A stretch of 64,000 bases of DNA from Eubacteriales bacterium (GCA_044432725.1 JAWXUL010000004.1:48536-112535), one strand, 5' to 3'. Positions 8,645-19,527 are shown, numbered from the stretch's first letter. Made by a program: numbers and translations. Notes: generated by a model from the letters alone, not told the origin.

Positions 8645-11600
8645 ATGAAAAAAAGGATTTTTAATGCGGCATTGACTCTCGCCATGATTGTGGGTATTTT
8701 ACCCAGTACCATGATGAGTGCCTTTGCAACGGAGAGGGAGGAGGAACCGCAGAGTATTGAGTCAGCAACCCTTGCCAGTGCAAGCAACGAATTCGCAGGT
8801 GGTAGTGGTACAGCAGCAGACCCTTGGCTCATCGCAACCGAGACTCAATTTGAAATTTTAGCGTCTTATGTCATTAATGATGATGCAGTTCATAATGCAA
8901 ATACTGCTTATTATCTTTTGATAGACAATTTATCGGTTGGTAATGCCGCTATTGGTACGGAAACTCACCAGTTCAAAGGTAATTTTGATGGTGGTTACAA
9001 AAATATTAATGTTGCTGTAGTTGAAACTGACTATGGTGACGATTATGCTGGCCTTTTTGGTGTTGTCGGCTCGAAAGGAACAGTTAAGAATCTGAGCGTA
9101 ACAGGTTCTGTAACACTTTCTCAATACAGTCAAACGAGAGTAACAGAACTTTATGCAGGCGGGATTGTGGGATATAATAATGGTGGTTTTATCCTCAACT
9201 GTACTAGTTATGTTAAGGTTAGTGCTTCAGCAGATACAACACAATCGGTAGCTTATGGTGGTGATTCTACCCTTATAAATCGTACTGACTACACTTATTA
9301 CAACAACTATACTGCAACTGCCTATGCAGGTGGTATTGTTGGTAGAAACAACGGTACTGTGTGGAACTGTGTGTCTGTAAGTTCTCAAGCTTCAGGTACA
9401 GAAGATATTTATGCTAATGCTACCGGGCAAATTTCAAACTCAACTGGTAATTCGACTGGAAGTAATCTAGACTCTCACACAACAGGTAGCAATGCTGCAC
9501 TTTCATACGCTGGGGGAATTGTTGGTAAGAATGAAAGCAAGATTGAAAACTCCCACACTTCGTCTGTGGTGAAATCAAATGCCTCTATCTATGAAGGGAC
9601 AGCAAGTACATGGCCAGCGAATGGTACAACAAGTCACATTAAAAACAGTGTAACAGCAACCTATATTCCAACTGTTGGTGGTATTGCTGGCTCTAGTTCT
9701 AGTTCAGGGAACATTAACAACTGTTATTCAACAGGTTCTCTCAGCACAACACAAATAGCACCTACTGGTACTACCGTTTCAGGTAGTACAGTTACAGCTA
9801 CAGGTAGTGCTTCGCCAGCGAGCACAACGCTTTATAGGTCTTATACAGTAAGAAACTATGGTATTATTGGTTCAGGGTATACTTACGATAACAGCTTTTG
9901 GTTAAAAACTACAGCTACATCAGCACCAGTTTCTTCCCAGCCTGCAGAATATGATGCCTTTGATGGCACATACAGAATTTATGGTGGCGATTGTGCTGGT
10001 ACCACCCTTGGATCACAGCTTTTTGGTTGGGTGGATAGTAAGGAAAAATCAGTTCATGTTGACACAAAAGTAGTGACTATTAACTATCCTGACAAAGATT
10101 ATTATTTCACAAAAGCCAGCGACGCCTTTGGGCTATCCCAATGGATTATCAGTGATCGTAGCCTTACTTCACGGATAAATCTTTACATCGAAGGGAAACT
10201 TGTGGATCTGGATAGTGCAGATAGCATTGTTACTTTTTATGACAACTTCACAGGTCTGGAAAACAGCAACTATGCTTCAGAAACTGATGTTATCAAAGTC
10301 GTAATTGATCCTTCCAAATATTCAGATAATCCTGATATTGCTTATCAAAAACCCTTGCCAGTAGAGGTGAATTATGCTGTTGGTTATGCGAATCAAGACT
10401 ATGCAGCAGATATTTTAGGGGAACTTAAAGCCTCGGAACAATTAGAGTATGATACAGCAACTAACACTTATTTCATGACATTTACTATGCCAAAATCAAG
10501 CGTTTCAGTGAATGTTACCTTTAGTAATGTTGATGGTTTAAATTGTGATTGTTGTAAGAAATTAGACATTGGCGATGACCATTGGATTGGGATAAGCGAT
10601 GCTGAAGAATTTGCAAAATACACACAATCTTCAGGATATTTCTTCTTGCAAGACGATATTGATCTAGGGTCAGCAGAAGGGTTTGACATTGCAACAGGCG
10701 ATAATGTTTACCTATGTCTAAATGGATATAAACTAGAAACAAAAAATGATACTTATTTACTAAATGTCACAGGCACAGGGGTTTTGACAATTTGCGGAAG
10801 CGAACCTGGAAGTGTTTTAGAAAATAATGGTATCGGTAGCGCTGTATTAGCCAATAATTCAGCTGGAACTGAACTAACTATTTGTGGTTCTCCAATCATT
10901 CAAAATGGCGGTCTAAAGCTTGGTTCAGGCACTTATGTCACTCTTTTATCTGGTACTAGAACAGCAAACTCTATCTATGTAGTAACCTCTAGTTCTGACA
11001 ATAAAATTGCCGTGGCAGGGGATGACTATGCCCTAACCAGTGCAGATGCTGCCGCATTTTATGGAGAGGTAGTTGGGGACAAAACCGGAGTTGCCTTCTA
11101 TCGTGTTTCACAGGATGCAATTTTTCTAGCTAAAGTTGACCCAACTCCTGATGATTTTGTGGTTTCCTTTAACCTTGGACAAATTTACAATGTTGTTTAT
11201 AACGGAGAAGCCCATAGTTTGGACGGCTATCTGTTAGACGACCTAACAAATGCAAATTATCTTGATGAAAATGGCATCTACAATGCAGCATTCAAAGCAG
11301 CTTATGATGCTGATACCCTGAAATTAACTGGGCTTACTTTCCGTTATGTGGGTTACCCTTATGTAGATAAAGGTGTGCTATATGACTCAACTGTCGCCCC
11401 CACAGAAGCAGGTATCTATGAAGTCTTTGCTTCTGTAACAAATCATGACCACTATACAGACGTGGAAACCCTTAGCCCAGTGGCAACTTTGAATATTCTC
11501 CAAAAACCAGTGTCCACTGGGGAATATGAGATTTATATTGTCGGGCAAGACGAAAAAGGGCAATATACAACCCCTTATAATGGCTATACACAAGAACCAG

Positions 11601-14600
11601 AGATTATTGTGACTATCAAAGCAGAAAATTCAGTCACAGGAAAAGCAGTTGTCTTAGTGGAAGGATTGGACTACACATTGACTTATGCAGACCACAAAGA
11701 AGTAGGTACTGCAAGAGTCACAGTTACCCCATTATCAACATCAAACTATGTCCTTGCTGAAGATTACAGAACTTTTGAAATTACTGGGAAAACAGTTGTT
11801 TTGGACGTTGTGACTTCTGCTAAAGACGGTATTCTTGTCTATGGCGATCCATTGAACATCGAAGTAACACCAACTGCAGGTGATGTCACAGTCACTGGTT
11901 TTAATTATGGTGCTTATAAAGTCACAGCTTATGCACATGGTGAAACCTTGGTAGAATTGACTTATGATAAAGGTGTATATCCAGAAGGTAAGTACGTAGG
12001 AAGCTATGATAGCGTAGAAAAGGGCTTGGTCATTGATGAAAATGAGATCACAATTGTATTTGAAGGAGATGGCTCCAGTTTCGAATATAAAGCGACAACA
12101 ATTGATATCATTCTTGAACCAAAAACATTGAACGCTTCTGTGAAATCAGGACAATCCAAAGTCTATGATGGTAACAATGAATTTACAGGGGATTTGACCA
12201 TTCTAGACATCGGTGGAGCAGATGCCCTGGAAGGAAAAGACAATGTCACTCTGACTGTTTCTGGTTTCCTGGAAAGTGCACTTGTGGGCAAAGACAATCG
12301 TTTCCTCTCTTTGGATACAGTGCACTATGACGGGGAAGATGCAGGATACTACATTCTTCCATTAGAAAACATTGATTTCACAACACAAGTTGAAATCGAA
12401 GCAAAAGACCTAGCAAGCGAAGTGGACAAGAATTTCCACATTCAAGTCCTTTATGGCATTGGTACTTATGTAGAACCAACCATCTCTTATGAAGATTTTA
12501 ACGGCGAAGAAGTGATTGTTTCTGGTATTTTGACTTATAAAGATACCACTTATAACGAAATCGTGAGTGTCTTGAAAGAACTTCCTGCTAGATCTACTCA
12601 CGAAGTCACCTATACCTTCGTAGCAGATGACACAAGCAACTATTCCAATACCACATTTACAGGGAAAATTATCTTCTCTATCACTGACATCGCTTTCTCT
12701 AACATTGACCAAGCCATTGTCATCGCAGATACCTGTATCTATGGTAACATGGACAATCTTGTCTATGATCCAAGCAAATTTGTGGCAAACATTGGAAACA
12801 ACGCCACAACAACAGGTGTATACAACCTGACTATCAAAGACTCTTACAACGCAGATGTCACAGATGAATACATCTTAAACGCAGGTGTTTACACCTATTT
12901 CGTCACATTTACCTCTTATGACGGTGCCTTTGTTGGTTCTTTTGTCACAGATGGTACCTTCGAAATTATTCCTCGCACAGTAGAAATTGAATGGGATAGC
13001 CACAATTTCGTTTACAACAGCTTAGCACAAAAACCAACAGCAACAGTCATCAATACTGTGTGGACAGATGATATTGGCGTTTATGTCACAACCCAAGAAA
13101 CAGCAATCAACGTGGGCGATTATGTTGGCGTGCTCTCTCTTGTGGGCGCAGATAGAAACAACTATCAAATCGGCGACACAACAGTCAGCTATACCATTAC
13201 ACCTGTCCCAGCACAAGGGATTGTTACTTTGACAATCACAGACACCGACGGATCTGGCACTGTGAGCATCACAGACGTGATCAACGCTGATATTTCTGGT
13301 ATTTCACCTGCTGGTGGTACTGTGTTCTATCAATGGTATGTGAACAATGTGATTCAAACCAATGGCGTCCACGAAAGCTTTATCCTAATCAACTCTGCAA
13401 CCATTCCTGCCGATGCAGAAATTCATTGTGTGGTCACTTTCTCTGGAAACATGGCTGGCACATTTGAAAGTACTTCTGTTGTGGTAGGAGACGATTTCTT
13501 CCAAGGAACTGTGGCAATCACTCATCTTTTGGGCGAATTGACAGCAACAGTTTCTGATGCAAACACCAACGACTATACCATTTATTGGTCAGGCACAAGC
13601 TCTGTGGGTAGCGGAACAAGCTACACTCTGAAAGAAGAAGATTATGGAAACACTGTTCTTGTCACAGTTGTGGCAAACGAAACCAGTGGTTTCAGCGGAA
13701 GCTTCTCTTCTTCTATTAGCGTAGAATCAACAAAACCCTTTATTCCAGCAATCGAAGTCAAACCAGGAGACGAGTCTGCCTATGTTTCATGGGAAACTCC
13801 TTTCCACGGTGGTACTCCATTACAAGATTATACCTTAACTGTCATTGATAAAGACGGAAACCATGCTTATGGCTCTCCTTTCACAATCGGAAGCACATTG
13901 AAAAGCTTTACTGTGACAGGTTTGGAAAATGATCTTGTGTACACCTTTAAACTAATTGCTAAAAACGCACAAGGTACCAGCGCTTCTGAAGAAGTCACAG
14001 CAGTACCACGTTCTTCCAGTGACTCAGAAACAGAGGATGATGTCATTGTCAGCACAACAACAACCACTTATGTAGATGATGATGGAAACAATGTCACTGA
14101 AAAACTGGTTGTGGAAACAGATCTGACAGATTACTCTGTGAAAACAACACTTACCACAACAACAGAAGGCCGTGACGGCTCTGTCACAGTAGAAAAAGTG
14201 ATGGAAAAAGTTTCTAACACAGGCGAAATCCTTGAAAGCTCAAGAGATTATAGCTATACAGAGGAAAATCTTAAAATCGTATACAATACCTATGAAGATA
14301 GCTATGAATCTTATGGCGACCTGACTGCAACTGTGACAAACAACGATAACGTCAAATTGCCAACTTCTATGGTAGAAATGATTCATGAAAAAGGCGAAAG
14401 TACAGTTACCATTGTTGCTCCTAGTGCAGAAATCACCTTTGATGATGCAGCCCTAGCAGAAATTTGGGCAACAGTACATCCTGACTCTGATAGCACTTTC
14501 GAAGTGATTGCTAGATATTCTAGCCCTGAACTTTTCCCTGCATCCTTGCATGAACGTTTTGGTTCTGCCTTTGTGGTAGATCTGATTGTAAAAGTGGACG

Positions 14601-15331
14601 GCGTTGAAGTCAATGACTTTGGTGCTGGGAAAGCAACTGTTACACTTCCTTACCAACGTTCTGATTTGACTGGCCATGTCAATGTGTATCATGTCGCAAC
14701 GAATGGTGTAGTCACAAGCATGCCAGACACCATTTATCGCAACACAAATTATACCGTTACCTTTACAACAAATCACTTCTCTTACTATGCAGTGATTGAA
14801 GAAGCAGGGGTGTTCTTTGATGTAAGCCCAACAGACTACTTCTATAACGCAGTGGTTTGGGCTGTGGAAACAGGTATTTCTTCTGGGACAAACGAAAACT
14901 ATTACAGTCCTTATGAAATCAGCAACCGTGCACAAGTCATGACTATGCTTTGGAGTGCAGCGGGTAAACCAGCAACATCCTTTGACCCTGGCTTTGTAGA
15001 TGTAAATCCAGATGATTATTACTATACAGCTGTCAACTGGGCATTCCAACGTGGCGTGACCGCAGGCTTTAGTGATGAATTCTTTGGCGCAATGCGTGAG
15101 TGCGACCGTGCTCAAATCGTGACTTTCTTGTGGAACATCAGCGGCAAACCTGTTGTAGACGATGAACTCTATTTCAGTGACGTGGCTGTGGGAAGCTGGT
15201 ATGCAGACGCTGTCCGTTGGGCAGTATCTGAAGGCATTACTGCAGGTACCACTGCTTCTACCTTCGAACCATTCACAGAATGTACACGTGCAGAAGTGGT
15301 AACATTTATCTACGCATTCCTAGGGAAATAA
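8645..15331 (+). CDS. very large SLH-anchored cell-surface protein (GLUG-type repeats, Ig-like/YDG repeats, FN3, three C-terminal SLH repeats)
   Basis: About 2230 aa. The ORF opens at 8639, but ATG 8645 has better spacing to AAGGAGG. Signal peptide MKKRIFNAALTLAMIVGILPS. Repeated YAGGIVG motifs and KVYDGN-type repeats. C-terminal FFDVSPTDYFYNAVVWAV / FVDVNPDDYYYTAVNWAF / FSDVAVGSWYADAVRWAV are SLH repeats. Confidence 0.85.
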   Translation: MKKRIFNAALTLAMIVGILPSTMMSAFATEREEEPQSIESATLASASNEFAGGSGTAADPWLIATETQFEILASYVINDDAVHNANTAYYLLIDNLSVGNAAIGTETHQFKGNFDGGYKNINVAVVETDYGDDYAGLFGVVGSKGTVKNLSVTGSVTLSQYSQTRVTELYAGGIVGYNNGGFILNCTSYVKVSASADTTQSVAYGGDSTLINRTDYTYYNNYTATAYAGGIVGRNNGTVWNCVSVSSQASGTEDIYANATGQISNSTGNSTGSNLDSHTTGSNAALSYAGGIVGKNESKIENSHTSSVVKSNASIYEGTASTWPANGTTSHIKNSVTATYIPTVGGIAGSSSSSGNINNCYSTGSLSTTQIAPTGTTVSGSTVTATGSASPASTTLYRSYTVRNYGIIGSGYTYDNSFWLKTTATSAPVSSQPAEYDAFDGTYRIYGGDCAGTTLGSQLFGWVDSKEKSVHVDTKVVTINYPDKDYYFTKASDAFGLSQWIISDRSLTSRINLYIEGKLVDLDSADSIVTFYDNFTGLENSNYASETDVIKVVIDPSKYSDNPDIAYQKPLPVEVNYAVGYANQDYAADILGELKASEQLEYDTATNTYFMTFTMPKSSVSVNVTFSNVDGLNCDCCKKLDIGDDHWIGISDAEEFAKYTQSSGYFFLQDDIDLGSAEGFDIATGDNVYLCLNGYKLETKNDTYLLNVTGTGVLTICGSEPGSVLENNGIGSAVLANNSAGTELTICGSPIIQNGGLKLGSGTYVTLLSGTRTANSIYVVTSSSDNKIAVAGDDYALTSADAAAFYGEVVGDKTGVAFYRVSQDAIFLAKVDPTPDDFVVSFNLGQIYNVVYNGEAHSLDGYLLDDLTNANYLDENGIYNAAFKAAYDADTLKLTGLTFRYVGYPYVDKGVLYDSTVAPTEAGIYEVFASVTNHDHYTDVETLSPVATLNILQKPVSTGEYEIYIVGQDEKGQYTTPYNGYTQEPEIIVTIKAENSVTGKAVVLVEGLDYTLTYADHKEVGTARVTVTPLSTSNYVLAEDYRTFEITGKTVVLDVVTSAKDGILVYGDPLNIEVTPTAGDVTVTGFNYGAYKVTAYAHGETLVELTYDKGVYPEGKYVGSYDSVEKGLVIDENEITIVFEGDGSSFEYKATTIDIILEPKTLNASVKSGQSKVYDGNNEFTGDLTILDIGGADALEGKDNVTLTVSGFLESALVGKDNRFLSLDTVHYDGEDAGYYILPLENIDFTTQVEIEAKDLASEVDKNFHIQVLYGIGTYVEPTISYEDFNGEEVIVSGILTYKDTTYNEIVSVLKELPARSTHEVTYTFVADDTSNYSNTTFTGKIIFSITDIAFSNIDQAIVIADTCIYGNMDNLVYDPSKFVANIGNNATTTGVYNLTIKDSYNADVTDEYILNAGVYTYFVTFTSYDGAFVGSFVTDGTFEIIPRTVEIEWDSHNFVYNSLAQKPTATVINTVWTDDIGVYVTTQETAINVGDYVGVLSLVGADRNNYQIGDTTVSYTITPVPAQGIVTLTITDTDGSGTVSITDVINADISGISPAGGTVFYQWYVNNVIQTNGVHESFILINSATIPADAEIHCVVTFSGNMAGTFESTSVVVGDDFFQGTVAITHLLGELTATVSDANTNDYTIYWSGTSSVGSGTSYTLKEEDYGNTVLVTVVANETSGFSGSFSSSISVESTKPFIPAIEVKPGDESAYVSWETPFHGGTPLQDYTLTVIDKDGNHAYGSPFTIGSTLKSFTVTGLENDLVYTFKLIAKNAQGTSASEEVTAVPRSSSDSETEDDVIVSTTTTTYVDDDGNNVTEKLVVETDLTDYSVKTTLTTTTEGRDGSVTVEKVMEKVSNTGEILESSRDYSYTEENLKIVYNTYEDSYESYGDLTATVTNNDNVKLPTSMVEMIHEKGESTVTIVAPSAEITFDDAALAEIWATVHPDSDSTFEVIARYSSPELFPASLHERFGSAFVVDLIVKVDGVEVNDFGAGKATVTLPYQRSDLTGHVNVYHVATNGVVTSMPDTIYRNTNYTVTFTTNHFSYYAVIEEAGVFFDVSPTDYFYNAVVWAVETGISSGTNENYYSPYEISNRAQVMTMLWSAAGKPATSFDPGFVDVNPDDYYYTAVNWAFQRGVTAGFSDEFFGAMRECDRAQIVTFLWNISGKPVVDDELYFSDVAVGSWYADAVRWAVSEGITAGTTASTFEPFTECTRAEVVTFIYAFLGK

Positions 15332-15378
15332 TTTAATAGGTATTGTACAACAAACATGATGTAAAGACCTAGAAAAAA

Positions 15379-15419
15379 CGGCTACAACTGATATGCTCAG
15401 TTGTAGCCGTTGATTTTTA
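15379..15419 (+). terminator. rho-independent terminator
   Basis: ACGGCTACAACTG-loop-CAGTTGTAGCCGT followed by TGATTTTTAT. Confidence 0.75.
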
Positions 15420-15631
15420 TGAACGCTTTCAAAAAACAGGATACATAAGAGATTTCTCCAGACCAATCTTTTTCTTCTGATTATGTTTCACTTTTTTAGT
15501 ATCATTTAAGGTTCGAGGATTATAATCATCATTAGAAAAGTAATTTCTAATACTATAAAGAAAGGAAACAATAATGTTCAAAAACAGTAAAACAAGGTTC
15601 TCTAATGAAAAAATAAAAGGAGGGACTTATC

Positions 15632-16321
15632 ATGCTTGATTCAATCTTTGCATCTGCTATTGTAGGAGCAGAGATGGGGGGCATCACCCCACTAGCCTTT
15701 GCCATATGTATGGGCTCTGCCTTGGTCATTGGATTTATGATTTCGGTTTTCTATACCATTCACAACCAATACACCAAAAGTTTTGTCATGACCCTTTGTA
15801 CACTACCATGTGCTGTGGCGATGGTCATTATCATGGTCAACGGTAGTGTGGGGGTGGGAGTCGCTGTGGCAGGTGCCTTCAGCTTGATACGCTTTCGTTC
15901 TGTTCCCGGAACAGCGAAAGAAATCTCTGCCATCTTCTTGGCTATGGGCGCTGGCTTGGCAGTAGGATTGGGCTATGTTGCCTTTGCCTTTGTCTATGCT
16001 CTGTTCCTCTCTTGTGCAAACATGGCGCTGGCAATAAGTTCCTTTGGAGAGCCACAAAAAAATCACCGCACTTTACTGATTACCATGCCAGAGCATTTAG
16101 ATTACGGCACTGTTTTCCAAGACATTTTTCAGCAATATACCCTTTCAGCACAGCTTGTTGCTGTGAAAACAACAAGTATGGGTAGCTTATTCAAGCTAAG
16201 CTATGATGTCACCCTTGCCAAAGAAGAAGATGAAAAAGCTTTTTTAGATGAATTACGCTGTCGTAATGGTAATTTAGAAATCAGTTTAACCAAACAAAGT
16301 ATCGTAAATACAGAATTATAA
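15632..16321 (+). CDS. DUF4956-like integral membrane protein
   Basis: 229 aa with several TM helices. The GAFSLIRFRSVPGTAKEISAIFLAMGAGLAVGLGY block is what I remember as the DUF4956 signature. Confidence 0.6.
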   Translation: MLDSIFASAIVGAEMGGITPLAFAICMGSALVIGFMISVFYTIHNQYTKSFVMTLCTLPCAVAMVIIMVNGSVGVGVAVAGAFSLIRFRSVPGTAKEISAIFLAMGAGLAVGLGYVAFAFVYALFLSCANMALAISSFGEPQKNHRTLLITMPEHLDYGTVFQDIFQQYTLSAQLVAVKTTSMGSLFKLSYDVTLAKEEDEKAFLDELRCRNGNLEISLTKQSIVNTEL

Positions 16322-16441
16322 AAGGAAAAGTTTTCACAAAAAGAAACACTCTTTTGGAAAAAAGAAAACAGATAAAGGCTCTTGTCAATAAGTGTCTTTT
16401 GAAGTTCACATCAATAAATTTTTAAATTAGGAGATATTATT

Positions 16442-18739
16442 ATGAACAATTTAGGTATGGCGACCTCTTTGCTACTGGCAGTTTTTTTCACAGGATGTGC
16501 AACAGCAGATACAACTGAAACACCTAGCACCACAAGCACTAGCGAGCAATCATCATCTTCTTTGGAAAGCACCCCATTAAGCTATAACTCTGGTATTCTC
16601 AGTTCCCTTTCCTCTGACGATTTTTTTTCCAGTCGTGATTATCGAACCACTCTGGATTCTGAAAGCCCAGTCACCTTGACTTTTTCTGGGAGCAGCATCA
16701 CAGCAGATGGCGACGGTGTAGTGATTTCTGGCTCTACTGTTACCATTGTGGAAGAAGGCACTTATATTTTAACAGGCTCTTTGACAGAAGGGCAAGTCAT
16801 TGTGGATATGGCAGATGAAACTCATAAAGCTCAACTTGTCTTGGATAATGTCACCATTCAAAACAGCAAAACAGCAGCCATTCACGCACCTGTGGCTGAT
16901 AAACTCTTTATCACCATGGTAGAAGGTTCCGAAAATCATTTTGACATTGCCATTGACAACGATGATTCCGTGGATGCTGGTATTTTTGCTCGTTGCGACT
17001 TAACTTTAAATGGAGAAGGTACCCTTCATATTCAAATGACAAAGGGCGATGGGGTGGTGGGGAAAGACGAATTGACCATCACTTCAGGGACTTATCATGT
17101 CACAGGAGATGGTCATGGGATGGATGCAAACGACTCCATTGCCATTGCAGGTGGTACCTTTGTTTTCGATGTGGAAAAAGATGGTTTTCATTGTGAGCAT
17201 AGCGACAATGAAAGCAAAGGAAATATTTATGTCTTAGATGGTAACTTTACTTTGAATGTCCTAAGAGATGGTTTTGATGCCAGTGGATTTTTGGAAATCA
17301 ATGATGGTTATTTTGACATCACCACCAATGGAGGTTGGGAGTCTGCACCTGTGAAAGTTGCAGCCGTCAACACACATGGTGGTGGCAGAACAACAACCAC
17401 TCCAAATACAATGAACTCCGGAAATCAGCAAAGCCAAATGGGGGGAGAATCTCCTGATATGGATGCCATGATGGCTATGGGAGAAGAAATGGCGGGTCAA
17501 ATGGACCAACGTGACCAAGGGCAAATATTCCAAGGAACACAAGGACAAATGGGTGGCATGGGTCAAATGGAAATTCCGGAAGGTATGGAAATGCAACAAG
17601 GGATGCAAGGCATGGAAATGCAACAAGGGATGCAAGGCATGGAAATGCAACAAGGGATGCAACAAGGGATGCAACAAGGGATGCAAGGCATGGAAATGCA
17701 ACAAGGAATGCAAGGTATGGCAATGCCAGAAGGCATGGAGTTCCCTGAGGGGATCGAGCTGCCAGAGGGTTTTGACCCTAACGACCCAACGACCTTTACA
17801 CCAGAAGTACTGGAAAGCATCATGGCACAAATGACACCAGAAATGATGGAGGAAATGCGAACAGCCATGACAGGTGGCATGCCATCAGACACAGGAGTCA
17901 CTTATGTAGTGGATGGAGAAGAGGACGAAACACTGGAAAACAGCACAAAAGGTTTGAAGGCAGTGGGAGATTTGCGTATTTACGGAGGTGTTTTCATTTT
18001 GGATTGCTATGACGACGCAATCCACGGTGACAGCAGAGTGGAAATTCACGGTGGGGACTATACCATTGGAACAGCAGACGACGCAATCCACGCCAACTGG
18101 GAAACAGTTATCTCAGGAGGGAATATCATCATTGAAAATTGTTTCGAAGGTATCGAAGGACAAAGAATCGACATTTCTGGTGGCTATATTGATATGTATT
18201 GTGGAGATGATGGCATCAACGCAGCCACAGGTGCCACAGATCCAGAGAACAGCAGTATTACCCTCAACATTTCTGGAGGGACCATCATTATGGATACCAA
18301 CAAAGAAGGGGACGGCGTGGACTCTAACGGTAGTATCTTGATCACTGGGGGAGATTTGTTGATTTCCAGCACCACAGATGCAAGAGATACCCAACTTGAT
18401 TCTCAGTATGACTCTATTATCACTGGGGGGAGTTTTGTAGCAACAGGAAGCAATTCAGGTACCATTCAAAACTTTGATGGAGAATCTACCCAAGGAAGTA
18501 TTTTAGTGGTTTTATCCTCTGTCACCTCTGGTCAAGTCACTTTAACAGACAGTGAAGGAACGGTTTTAGTAGATTTTCTCCCTGTGAAAGACTATCAATC
18601 AGTGACCATTAGTATCCCTGAACTCGCCGTTGGCGAAACTTATACTTTGATGGCAGGGGAGCACAGCGAGACCATCAACATGGAATCTCTCCAATCTGGA
18701 ACTTCCACTGGATCTGGTTCCATGGGGAACAGAAGATAA
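16442..18739 (+). CDS. lipoprotein, Cthe_2159-like beta-helix carbohydrate-binding-domain protein with a Met/Gln-rich insert
   Basis: 765 aa. Lipobox LAVFFTGC. Repeated ...ITxxGTY... / GDGxxxxD... beta-helix-like units (VTIVEEGTYILTGSL, LTITSGTYHVTGDGHGMDA, ISGGTIIMDTNKEGDGVDSNG). Central low-complexity M/Q/G/E region. Confidence 0.65.
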   Translation: MNNLGMATSLLLAVFFTGCATADTTETPSTTSTSEQSSSSLESTPLSYNSGILSSLSSDDFFSSRDYRTTLDSESPVTLTFSGSSITADGDGVVISGSTVTIVEEGTYILTGSLTEGQVIVDMADETHKAQLVLDNVTIQNSKTAAIHAPVADKLFITMVEGSENHFDIAIDNDDSVDAGIFARCDLTLNGEGTLHIQMTKGDGVVGKDELTITSGTYHVTGDGHGMDANDSIAIAGGTFVFDVEKDGFHCEHSDNESKGNIYVLDGNFTLNVLRDGFDASGFLEINDGYFDITTNGGWESAPVKVAAVNTHGGGRTTTTPNTMNSGNQQSQMGGESPDMDAMMAMGEEMAGQMDQRDQGQIFQGTQGQMGGMGQMEIPEGMEMQQGMQGMEMQQGMQGMEMQQGMQQGMQQGMQGMEMQQGMQGMAMPEGMEFPEGIELPEGFDPNDPTTFTPEVLESIMAQMTPEMMEEMRTAMTGGMPSDTGVTYVVDGEEDETLENSTKGLKAVGDLRIYGGVFILDCYDDAIHGDSRVEIHGGDYTIGTADDAIHANWETVISGGNIIIENCFEGIEGQRIDISGGYIDMYCGDDGINAATGATDPENSSITLNISGGTIIMDTNKEGDGVDSNGSILITGGDLLISSTTDARDTQLDSQYDSIITGGSFVATGSNSGTIQNFDGESTQGSILVVLSSVTSGQVTLTDSEGTVLVDFLPVKDYQSVTISIPELAVGETYTLMAGEHSETINMESLQSGTSTGSGSMGNRR
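17582..17713 (+). repeat. in-frame tandem repeat (27-bp unit GGCATGGAAATGCAACAAGGGATGCAA x4 plus 12-bp sub-repeats) encoding GMEMQQGMQ
   Basis: Units at 17582, 17609, 17636 and 17687. Two 12-bp CAAGGGATGCAA units at 17663..17686. Confidence 0.9.
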
Positions 18740-18879
18740 GAAGATAGGAAATGCTTTTCTGTCCTGAAAATAAGCTTTGAAACTCCTTTCAAGGAAAGGA
18801 AGAAAATGGACTCTCTTTCTGCATTAAAAGATGAGCAGAAAGGGAGTCCTTTGTTTTCGTATCGGAAGAAGTTATGGGC

Positions 18880-19527
18880 TTACAACAATTCAAATTGGTT
18901 CTTGTGGAATAACAAAATACCTTCTTTTTGCATTCTGGATAATTCGGCAGACAATGCGCTTCGGTCCACAGCAATATAGTTTGCCATTTCTTCACGATTC
19001 AGGTCAATAATTATTTTTCCTTTTCCCTTGGAGCCTAAAAAAGCTAAAATCTTTTCTCTGGTGCTACGTTTGGAAAGAATTTCTACTTTCTCGCTCATAG
19101 AGACGCATTTCAAGGCAATCATTTTCAGCAGATTTTCCACCAGCTTTCCATGAAATCCACAGGAATGGTCACAGGTTTTTAAAATCTTTTGATAGTTTAA
19201 GAATAGGATTTTACTTTCCTCTTTGGCTTCCACTGTCACTGGGGAATGGAGGAGATCAGCACAAGGAAATACCTCTGCGAAGGTATCCCCCACAGAGATA
19301 TGGGCAAGGATGGTTCGATTTCCATGGATATCTTCTTGAAAAACCTTCACAGAACCAGAGAGCACCAGACCAATCTGTTCAATCTTTTCTCCACTGAGAA
19401 AAATTACATCTCTTTTTTCGTAGTCTTTGGTAAATCCCCCCAAACAAGCGAGGATAGAGTGAAATTCCTCTTGATTCAAATGGTGAAAGAGAGGATTATC
19501 TTTTACCACTGGATAATAATCTTCCAT
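18880..19527 (-). CDS. Crp/Fnr-family transcriptional regulator
   Basis: cNMP-binding-like N-terminus and a C-terminal HTH (REEMANYIAVDRSALSAELSRMQKEGIL). Start set at ATG 19527 (MEDYY...), preceded by AAAGGA. Confidence 0.8.
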   Translation of the reverse strand: MEDYYPVVKDNPLFHHLNQEEFHSILACLGGFTKDYEKRDVIFLSGEKIEQIGLVLSGSVKVFQEDIHGNRTILAHISVGDTFAEVFPCADLLHSPVTVEAKEESKILFLNYQKILKTCDHSCGFHGKLVENLLKMIALKCVSMSEKVEILSKRSTREKILAFLGSKGKGKIIIDLNREEMANYIAVDRSALSAELSRMQKEGILLFHKNQFELL

